This document shows, in pieces, positions 9,817-16,824 of a DNA stretch of 40,523 nucleotides (the stretch's first letter is position 1; every line of letters begins with the position of its first letter). This stretch comes from Christensenellaceae bacterium (GTDB lineage: Bacteria > Bacillota > Clostridia > Christensenellales > UBA1242). The notes beneath the pieces were generated by a model. That model did no database searches, had not been told where the DNA came from, and worked only from the letters and a program-made list of their open reading frames with translations. Where the stretch lies: positions 1-40,523 of the forward strand of contig JAIRSY010000065.1 of assembly GCA_031255215.1 (NCBI GenBank), in the 5' to 3' direction. Both the position numbers and the translations under genes were made by a program.

Positions 9817-11446
9817 CATTCTTCAACCGGCTGTCTATAACCTTTTGTCCGCGGGTGAAGTCGTAGAAAATCCTGCCTCCGTTGTCAAGGAACTTCTTGA
9901 TAATTCAATCGATGCCGGTGCAACTAAAATTGTCGTCGAAATTATTAACGGCGGGATTGATGAAATTATCGTCCGGGATAATGGTATCGGCTGCGAGGAA
10001 AGTGAAATACCAAAGGTCTTCCTTCCTCATGCGACAAGTAAAATAAGGGATGCCGCCGACATTGACAATATAACGTCTTTGGGATTTCGCGGTGAGGCGA
10101 TGGCATCAATAAACGCCGTATCAAGGTGCGAATTCAAATCTAAAACCGGCGACGGTCACGGGACCTCCGTCCGTGTTCAAAATCTTTTCTACAATACCCC
10201 GGCAAGAAGAAAGTTTTTGAAGTCTTCCAATACGGAAAAGAATTATGTTACACAGGTAATCCACAACACAATCTTTACCAATCCCGCCATTCATATCAAA
10301 TATATTATTGACGGTAGGGATGTTATTGATTTTCGCGGAAGCGGTTTGAAGGACGCCGTCAAGGAAATTTGGGGGATTGAGAATCTGCTTGCGCTTGACC
10401 GTAACACATTCGGTTTGAGCGGTTTTATTTCCTCTCCAAAACAACATAAAAATAATAAATCCCGTCAAATCGTAATCGTAAATAACCGTGTTATTGACGG
10501 CGGAATCATTCAATCTACAATAAACGAAGCCTGCTCCGATTACCTTATGGTCGGTCGGTTTCCGGTTTTTGTTGTCAATCTTCAAATTGACCCGAAAAAA
10601 ATTGATGTCAATGTTCACCCGCAAAAGCGTGAGATTCGTTTTCAAAACAAAGATGAAATAATGACAACCATAAGGAAAGAAATTCTTGACGCAATGGACA
10701 GGTATTTTCTTGCCGAAAAGAAAATTGCAATCCAAAAACATCAAACAAATGTAATGGAAAGTATTAAATTTTTCACGCAAGACACCTCCGCCAAGCATGT
10801 TGAATCCGCCCCGAATCTCCTTGCCGAATACTTTTTTAATAAAAAAAAATACATCAATAATTGTCCCGTTCAAACCGCACTTCCCAAGGATGAACCAACC
10901 GATCTTGAAATCTTTGGGCAGCTTTATAATTGTTACCTCATCATAAAATATAACGGTGAGCTTTGGATAATCGACCAACATGCCTACCAAGAAAGGATTA
11001 ACTATGATAAATTGATGAAGAAACAATCTTTTGCTTCCCAAATTCTTCTTGAACCGATAGTACTTCGTTTAAGTCCGTATGAAATGATAAATTTTGAAAA
11101 ACTTGACCTCGACTCTATGGGGTTTGATGCGGCAATATTTGGAAATGATTGCATCAAGATTTCCGCCGTCCCATTTGATATGAAGGTCACCGAGTTTCTT
11201 CACCTTATTCTTGGTGAAAAAAACATTATGCGAAACGGCGAAACGGTGAGCGTTGACCAGATAAAGGACAAAATAGCACTTGCCGCTTGCCGTATGAGTA
11301 TAAAGCAGGGGCATTTTCTTTCTAACGAACAAATTAAACTCTTTATAAGTAACAACGGTTACTCCGTCCCGCTATGCCCGCACGGCCGCCCGATTCTGTT
11401 GAAATTTGACAAAAATAAACTTGAAAAAATGTTTGGAAGAATTTGA
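9803..11446 (+). CDS. mutL: DNA mismatch repair endonuclease MutL
   Basis: AAGGAG SD. GHKL ATPase motifs are AGEVVENPASVVKELLDNSIDAG, DNGIG and GFRGEA. The C-terminal endonuclease motif reads DQHAYQERINYD, and CPHGRP is present. Overlaps mutS by 14 nt. Confidence 0.9.
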   Translation: MEQINILQPAVYNLLSAGEVVENPASVVKELLDNSIDAGATKIVVEIINGGIDEIIVRDNGIGCEESEIPKVFLPHATSKIRDAADIDNITSLGFRGEAMASINAVSRCEFKSKTGDGHGTSVRVQNLFYNTPARRKFLKSSNTEKNYVTQVIHNTIFTNPAIHIKYIIDGRDVIDFRGSGLKDAVKEIWGIENLLALDRNTFGLSGFISSPKQHKNNKSRQIVIVNNRVIDGGIIQSTINEACSDYLMVGRFPVFVVNLQIDPKKIDVNVHPQKREIRFQNKDEIMTTIRKEILDAMDRYFLAEKKIAIQKHQTNVMESIKFFTQDTSAKHVESAPNLLAEYFFNKKKYINNCPVQTALPKDEPTDLEIFGQLYNCYLIIKYNGELWIIDQHAYQERINYDKLMKKQSFASQILLEPIVLRLSPYEMINFEKLDLDSMGFDAAIFGNDCIKISAVPFDMKVTEFLHLILGEKNIMRNGETVSVDQIKDKIALAACRMSIKQGHFLSNEQIKLFISNNGYSVPLCPHGRPILLKFDKNKLEKMFGRI

Positions 11447-11462
11447 TAGTTGGTGTAATAAT

Positions 11463-14144
11463 ATGTTGATGACCGATAAAGTAATAAATACAACCCCAAA
11501 TCAACCGCCCGCCGCAAATAATTCCGCCGCGGTGTCTTTCCCTACCTTGACACCCTTTACCGATAAGGATAATCGTGCAATAAGTAAATATAAACGTAAG
11601 TATAATAAGTTTTGGTCAAAAAATCCAACTATAAACCCAAGTATATTTAAACCAAATCCCAATGAGGGATTGACCGAAAAACAAGTTGAATCCCGTGTCA
11701 ATGACTGCCTTACCAATTATACCCGACGCGGAAGCACAAAGAGCGTCTTCAATATACTTTTTACTAACCTTTTCTCTTTCTTCAATCTTCTCTGCTTCGG
11801 TGTCGCGGGAATCCTTACTTGGAATATCTTGACAAATTCTGAAATTGACCCTAAAACCGGGGTGCCCGAGGGCGGCGATTGGGGCAACCTTCTCTTTATG
11901 CTTATCATTATCGCTAATATCTTAATCGGTATCATCCAGGAACTTCGTGCTAAATATTCAATAGAAAGACTTACCTTGGTTGCCGCTTCAAAGGCAAAGG
12001 TAATCCGCGGCGGCAGGGAACTTTCCCTAAGCCTTGACGATATTGTCCTCAACGATGTCGTTGTCCTTACCAACGGTGCTCAAATCCCCGCCGACGGTGT
12101 GATTCTTGACGGTGTAATTGAAGTAAATGAAAGTCTCTTGACCGGTGAATCAAGTGCGATTCAAAAGAAGGTCGGCGATAAGGTTTGGGGCGGCTCCTTC
12201 GTTTCGTCCGGGACGGCAAGATATATGACAAAGAAAATCGGCCGTGACAACTATATTGCGGCAATCGCCAAAGGTGCGAGCCGCTATTCACGCCCAAAAT
12301 CCGAACTGCTTAACGCCTTGAATACAATAATAAAGGCCGTCGGTGTCGTTATTGTAATTCTTGGTGCCGTCCAGATTATGCGTTTGATTGCGACGGATAA
12401 AGGTATTATAAAACCCGGTGATGAATTTTCAATTTCAAAGGCAATTTCTAATATCGGCGGCAATATCATCGGCATGATTCCCGCGGGAATGTTTCTTCTT
12501 ACCTCTCTCGCCCTTGCCGTCGGCGTTATCAACCTTGCCAAATCAAATACTCTCGTTCAAGAACTTTTTTGTATAGAAATGCTTGCCCGGGTTGATCTCC
12601 TTTGTCTTGATAAAACCGGCACAATAACCGACGGAACGATGAAGGTCGTCGATGTCGTTGAAATCAATAATAAAACCGAATACACCCTCCGCGAAATTAT
12701 ATCCTCTATGCTCTTCGCCCTTGAAGACAATAACTTGACTTCCGCCGCCCTTCAAGATTATTTCGGTCACGAGGGAATTATTAAACATAGGGATATCCTG
12801 CCTTTCTCCTCCGCAAGAAAACTTTCCGCCGTAACCTTTAACGAACTTGGAACTTATGTCCTTGGCGCTCCCGAATTTGTTCTTAAAGATATGTCCGATA
12901 AAACGTCCTCCCAAATTTCAAGGTTTATAAGTCAGGGTTACCGCGTCCTCGCCCTCGGTCATTCAAAGGGTAAAATTAACGGGAATGAACTTCCTGCCGA
13001 AATAAAACCAACGGCAATTATTACAATCCAGGACAATATAAGAAAAGACGCACATCAAACCTTAAAATGGTTCCGCGACTCCGGTGTCGGTATCCGCGTT
13101 ATATCCGGTGACAATCCAATTACCGTAAGTGAAGTTGCCAAACGTGCGGGCGTCGACGGTGCCGATAAATTTATATCTCTTCAAGGTCTTTCACCAAGTG
13201 AAGTCCGTTCCGCCGCAAACCTTTATACGGTCTTCGGCCGTGTTACACCGGAACAAAAGTTAATTCTTATAAAGGAATTCAAGTCTTCCGGACGTAAGGT
13301 CGCCATGACCGGTGACGGTGTCAACGACATTTTGGCGTTAAAAGAGGCCGATTGCTCCATCGCAATGGCTAACGGCTCCGAGGCCGCCCGCAATGTTTCG
13401 CATCTCGTCCTTATGGATTCATCTTTCTCTTCTATGCCAAAAGTCGTCGAGGAAGGACGCCGCGTCGTCAACAATGTTCAAAAATCCTCATCTCTCTTCC
13501 TGTTCAAAACATTCTTTACCATTTTGCTTACCGTCTTTTGTATTGCCGTAAATTACCAGTCAATATATCTGTTCAACCCCAAAAACCTTATGCTTCTTGA
13601 ATATCTTATAATCGGTATCCCATGTTTCGCTTTGGCTCTTGAACGTAATAACCAACCGATTGAAGGTAAATTCATCTTGAACATTATAAAGAACGCCTTT
13701 TCCGGTGCAATAGTGGTTTTGTTAAATATAGCACTTCTTTACGTTTTCAAGATTGCAAACTTACTTTATGTGGATGATAAAAACTTCCTTACCCTCTCTA
13801 TCTATGCAACTCTCTATACCGGTTTCGCGATGCTGTTCAAAATGATTCAGCCCGTCAATACCTATCGTGGCGTCCTTATTGTCTCTATGCTTATCCTTTT
13901 CTCTATATCTATTTGGTATATGAAAGAATTTTTCGGCATAGAAACTTTGGGGCTCGTTGAAAAAATACTTGATGAAAACAAGGTCGTAATTGACGAAATC
14001 ATAGACTCCACAAAGGCAACGGTGAATTTGCTCCTTGTAATCATAATGGCGGAAACGTCTTTCGGTGCCCTCCAATTCATAAATAATTTACTTTCAAAAA
14101 TGAAACTTGATATGGACAGTAATATTGCAACGGAACGTAGATGA
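11463..14144 (+). CDS. cation-transporting P-type ATPase (E1-E2, P2-like)
   Basis: TGES (LTGESS), phosphorylation site DKTGTIT, hinge TGDGVNDILALKEAD, and about 10 TM segments. I chose ATG 11463 rather than TTG 11406 from the ORF track, because the latter overlaps mutL by 41 nt. Confidence 0.85.
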   Translation: MLMTDKVINTTPNQPPAANNSAAVSFPTLTPFTDKDNRAISKYKRKYNKFWSKNPTINPSIFKPNPNEGLTEKQVESRVNDCLTNYTRRGSTKSVFNILFTNLFSFFNLLCFGVAGILTWNILTNSEIDPKTGVPEGGDWGNLLFMLIIIANILIGIIQELRAKYSIERLTLVAASKAKVIRGGRELSLSLDDIVLNDVVVLTNGAQIPADGVILDGVIEVNESLLTGESSAIQKKVGDKVWGGSFVSSGTARYMTKKIGRDNYIAAIAKGASRYSRPKSELLNALNTIIKAVGVVIVILGAVQIMRLIATDKGIIKPGDEFSISKAISNIGGNIIGMIPAGMFLLTSLALAVGVINLAKSNTLVQELFCIEMLARVDLLCLDKTGTITDGTMKVVDVVEINNKTEYTLREIISSMLFALEDNNLTSAALQDYFGHEGIIKHRDILPFSSARKLSAVTFNELGTYVLGAPEFVLKDMSDKTSSQISRFISQGYRVLALGHSKGKINGNELPAEIKPTAIITIQDNIRKDAHQTLKWFRDSGVGIRVISGDNPITVSEVAKRAGVDGADKFISLQGLSPSEVRSAANLYTVFGRVTPEQKLILIKEFKSSGRKVAMTGDGVNDILALKEADCSIAMANGSEAARNVSHLVLMDSSFSSMPKVVEEGRRVVNNVQKSSSLFLFKTFFTILLTVFCIAVNYQSIYLFNPKNLMLLEYLIIGIPCFALALERNNQPIEGKFILNIIKNAFSGAIVVLLNIALLYVFKIANLLYVDDKNFLTLSIYATLYTGFAMLFKMIQPVNTYRGVLIVSMLILFSISIWYMKEFFGIETLGLVEKILDENKVVIDEIIDSTKATVNLLLVIIMAETSFGALQFINNLLSKMKLDMDSNIATERR

Positions 14145-14158
14145 TTGTGCCGTTTTTT
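14130..14158 (+). terminator. possible rho-independent terminator overlapping the ATPase stop codon
   Basis: acggaac / 10-nt loop / gtgccgt gives 7 bp with one mismatch, followed by tttttt (14153-14158). Confidence 0.35.
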
Positions 14159-14187
14159 GACCGCGGAATTATGCCTCAAAAAACATT

Positions 14188-14216
14188 TTGACAATAAATA
14201 AAATACTTTTTATAAT
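14188..14216 (+). promoter_or_regulatory. consensus sigma-A promoter for ftsZ
   Basis: TTGACA (14188-14193), a 17-nt spacer, then TATAAT (14211-14216). It is followed by an 18-nt leader containing the GAGGTGG SD before ATG 14235. Confidence 0.65.
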
Positions 14217-14234
14217 TCATTAAGAGGTGGTAAT

Positions 14235-15305
14235 ATGGAAAAAATGTTTTCGGTTGAGGCTCCCGTTGTAAGAATTAAAGTCTTTGGTGTCGGCGGTGCG
14301 GGTAACAGTGGGGTTCGAAGAATGGTGGAAGACGGTTCAAGGCTGAACGGAGTTGAACTTTATGCCTTGAATACCGATATGGCGTTTTTGCAAGATGTAG
14401 AGAGGGAAGTGGGGAATAAAATTACAACGCTTTGTATTGGCCGCAATCTTTGCGGTTTGCAGGGTGCCGGCACAAATCCTGAACTTGGGCAGAGAGCAGC
14501 AATGGAAAGTAAAGAAGAAATCCGTGCACTTATGGAAGGTGCGGATATGATTTTTATAACCGCGGGAATGGGCGGGGGAACGGGAACGGGTGCATCGCCC
14601 GTTATCGCGTCTATCGCTCACGAAATGGGGGTTCTTGTCGTGGGGGTGGTCTCAAAACCGTTTGATTGGGAGGGTGACCTTAAAATGCACAATGCAATCA
14701 CCGGCATTAACAACCTTCAAAAGTTTGTTGATGCCCTTATCGTGGTTCCAAATCAAAAGTTATACGATTTATCAACTCAAAAATTAGGTATTGTCGAGGG
14801 CTACAAGCGTGCCGATGAAATTTTGAGACAGGGCGTGATCGGCACCGCGGATTTGATTGTTACGACTTTTAATGTCCACAACCTTGACTTTGCGGATGTT
14901 AAAATGGTCCTTAAAAATGCCGGTGTCGCCCACATGGGTATCGGCCGCGAACGAACACTTCTTGAATCTGTAAGCAAAGCAATTTCAAGCCCTCTTCTTG
15001 AAACAAGTATTCGCGGTGCCTCAAAAATCATTTTAAGTTTCAAAAGCAGCGAAGACATGTCAATGCAGGAAATTGGTTCTTGTGTTCAGGCAATTGGCGG
15101 GGAGGCACGGCCGGGTTGTAACATAAAGTTTGGTGCACATGTCAACAAGGATGTCGGCGAAAAGATAGAAGTCATGATAATTGCCTCCGGTTTCGTTGAC
15201 GAAAAAGAAAAAACGGTGGAGCAGCAGGCAATTCCCGAAACGCCCAACAATCCAAATGTCGTTCCGATTCGAAATAATCCCAAGTTCTTTAATGGCTTCA
15301 AATAA
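14235..15305 (+). CDS. ftsZ: cell division protein FtsZ
   Basis: [13 protein letters not shown], the tubulin signature [13 protein letters not shown], and a short conserved C-terminal peptide. Confidence 0.95.
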   Translation: MEKMFSVEAPVVRIKVFGVGGAGNSGVRRMVEDGSRLNGVELYALNTDMAFLQDVEREVGNKITTLCIGRNLCGLQGAGTNPELGQRAAMESKEEIRALMEGADMIFITAGMGGGTGTGASPVIASIAHEMGVLVVGVVSKPFDWEGDLKMHNAITGINNLQKFVDALIVVPNQKLYDLSTQKLGIVEGYKRADEILRQGVIGTADLIVTTFNVHNLDFADVKMVLKNAGVAHMGIGRERTLLESVSKAISSPLLETSIRGASKIILSFKSSEDMSMQEIGSCVQAIGGEARPGCNIKFGAHVNKDVGEKIEVMIIASGFVDEKEKTVEQQAIPETPNNPNVVPIRNNPKFFNGFK

Positions 15306-15344
15306 AAACTTAAATACCGTTGATCTCGTCTAAAAAAAATAATC

Positions 15345-15373
15345 TTGACGCCATTTTGTTCTTGTGCTATTAT
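15345..15373 (+). promoter_or_regulatory. sigma-A-type promoter abutting the rpsF start codon
   Basis: TTGACG (15345-15350), a 17-nt spacer ending in TGc, then TATTAT (15368-15373), then aattga, then ATG 15380. No SD. Confidence 0.55.
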
Positions 15374-15379
15374 AATTGA

Positions 15380-15730
15380 ATGGTTCAAAAAAATTACGAG
15401 TGTATGTTTGTCCTTGACGGCAAACTTAGTGAAGAAAAACGAGAGCAAATAATACAGCAATTTGCTTCAATGGCGGGCGAAAATACAACGATTGATAGGT
15501 TTGGTATGAGAAAATACGGTTTCAACGTGGTGCTGAATTTCTCCGCTGCGTTTGAAACTCTTAAAAAAATGATGGGTTTAATGAGAATAACCGAGTCAAT
15601 TTCCCGTCCGTTATTTATTTACAAGAGCGAAAGAATGCTTGCCCAAGATGTGATAAGGAAGCAAAATAAATTGAAGTTTATTGAGAAAAAAAGAGAAGAA
15701 TCTGCTGCAAAAGGAGAGAACGCACAATGA
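15380..15730 (+). CDS. rpsF: 30S ribosomal protein S6
   Basis: First gene of the classical rpsF-ssb-rpsR trio. N-terminal YECMFVLDGKLSEEK...DRFGMRK...VVLNF matches the S6 pattern, but the conserved RLAYxI hairpin segment appears to be absent. It carries a basic/acidic C-terminal tail. Confidence 0.8.
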   Translation: MVQKNYECMFVLDGKLSEEKREQIIQQFASMAGENTTIDRFGMRKYGFNVVLNFSAAFETLKKMMGLMRITESISRPLFIYKSERMLAQDVIRKQNKLKFIEKKREESAAKGENAQ

Positions 15731-16149
15731 ATAAGGTTTTTTTGATTGGGAATTTGACCCGTGACCCCGAACTTACAACGGTTGGTGCCGAAAATATTGC
15801 CGTCTGCCGTTTCGGTCTTGCCGTAAGCCGTCGCAAATCTAGGGATTCCTCGTCCCCGGAAACCGATTTCTTTAATATAAGTGTTTGGAGGCAGCAGGGC
15901 GAAAATTGTGCAAAATACCTTGCAAAGGGAAGAAAAGTCGCCGTTACGGGACAAATTCAAATTCATAACTACGAAGATAAAGAAGGCGTAAAAAAGATTG
16001 CGGTTGATATAGTTGCGGACGATGTTGAATTTTTGACGCCAAGAGGGGAACAGGCCGAACAAGCTCCTGGCTCTCCGTCGGGTTTTGATGCTGAAACACC
16101 AAATAAAAATGAAATGAAACCTGTCGCAGATGACAGCTTGCCTTTCTAA
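15727..16149 (+). CDS. ssb: single-stranded DNA-binding protein
   Basis: OB-fold N-terminus MNKVFLIGNLTRDPEL and C-terminal acidic tip DDSLPF. ATGA start/stop overlap with rpsF. Confidence 0.95.
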   Translation: MNKVFLIGNLTRDPELTTVGAENIAVCRFGLAVSRRKSRDSSSPETDFFNISVWRQQGENCAKYLAKGRKVAVTGQIQIHNYEDKEGVKKIAVDIVADDVEFLTPRGEQAEQAPGSPSGFDAETPNKNEMKPVADDSLPF

Positions 16150-16206
16150 CATAATGATTGCGGGCTTATGTATTGTGAAAAATAGTATAAAGGGAGAAAT
16201 AATGAA

Positions 16207-16515
16207 ATGAGTGAGAATTTATCAACGCGGGAAGCGATTCAAAAACTTAATAAAATTGAAAACAAAAAAGGACAGTATCAAAAACCGAGATTTGAACGCA
16301 AGCCGTTTCAAAAGACAAAACGTCCTTGCCCTTTTTGTAATGAAAAAGATGCCGACGGCAATTACTTATATATTGATTACAAAGATCCACGCTTGAAACG
16401 TCATATTACGGAAGAAGGTAAGATTCTTCCTCGCAAACAATCTTGTGTTTGTGCCCGTCATATGCGTGAACTTGCAAAAACAATTAAAACCGCCAAGAAA
16501 ATGGGCATGTTATAA
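16207..16515 (+). CDS. rpsR: 30S ribosomal protein S18 (Cys-containing, Zn-ribbon-type form with N-terminal extension)
   Basis: IDYKDPRLKRHITEEGKILPRKQS...ARHMRELAKTIKTAKKMGML matches the S18 core. Four Cys are present (CPFC...CVC). AGGGAG SD at 16191-16196. Confidence 0.85.
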   Translation: MSENLSTREAIQKLNKIENKKGQYQKPRFERKPFQKTKRPCPFCNEKDADGNYLYIDYKDPRLKRHITEEGKILPRKQSCVCARHMRELAKTIKTAKKMGML

Positions 16516-16530
16516 ACAAAAGCATCTTTT

Positions 16531-16714
16531 CGCAACCTTCAACAAAGACGCTCCCGGGTGCAAAGGTGCCCCGGCAAACATCACTCAATTCACCTCCGTT
16601 CACCTGACCTTTAACAACGGCGTGCGGAAGTTGACATACACCTAACTCAACCATTGGAATGGTCGGGTCGTCCGCAAGACGGACTTTTCGTGGTTGCGGG
16701 TAGATAGTTTTTTT
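16531..16714 (+). ncRNA. candidate structured RNA or 3'UTR element of unknown family
   Basis: About 55% GC by hand count over 16531-16700, against very AT-rich flanks. Long-range complementarity cgcaacc (16531-37) / ggttgcg (16692-98). Internal helices include ccggg/cccgg (16554-58/16570-74), cctgacc/ggtcggg (16603-09/16661-67) and cgtc-cgcaa-gacg (16669-81). A T-run follows at 16708-16714. All frames carry stops or give low-complexity translation. The strand is not certain. Confidence 0.3.
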
Positions 16715-16787
16715 GGTGTTTGGTTGGGGGGAAATATTTATTTTAGATTTATTTTTTTCTCATAAATTAAGAATTTTGCTTAAATGT

Positions 16788-16816
16788 TTGCATTTCTTGT
16801 TGTGATGGTATATAAT
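16788..16816 (+). promoter_or_regulatory. sigma-A promoter abutting the infB start codon
   Basis: TTGCAT (16788-16793), a 17-nt spacer, then TATAAT (16811-16816), then gctatgat, then ATG 16825. No SD. Confidence 0.6.
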
Positions 16817-16824
16817 GCTATGAT

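Noticed and set aside
10121-11041. A 306-aa ORF antisense to mutL. Similar long antisense or alternate-frame ORFs occur at 942-1385, 2347-2787, 4380-4766, 8385-8768, 12543-12914, 22245-22667, 24420-24896, 29874-30350 and 35501-35935.
   Set aside because: Each lies entirely inside a well-supported gene on the opposite strand or in another frame. They have odd composition (Phe/Ile/Lys/Asn-rich or Arg-rich), no SD and no recognisable motifs. They are typical shadow ORFs of an AT-rich genome.
16445-16645. A 66-aa ORF running from inside rpsR into the GC-rich intergenic block.
   Set aside because: It starts within the rpsR coding sequence in another frame, has no SD, and its translation is uninformative. 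The GC-rich block is better explained as structured RNA.
16531-16714. An attempt to assign the GC-rich element to a known RNA family: SRP/4.5S, tmRNA, RNase P, T-box, and c-di-GMP-I, c-di-AMP (ydaO) or guanidine (ykkC) riboswitches.
   Set aside because: There are only short chance resemblances. Examples are GGUCAGGU on the minus strand versus SRP domain IV, and GCAAAGG/GGCAAAC versus GEMM-I in the wrong order. The core consensus blocks are absent, so I left it unclassified.
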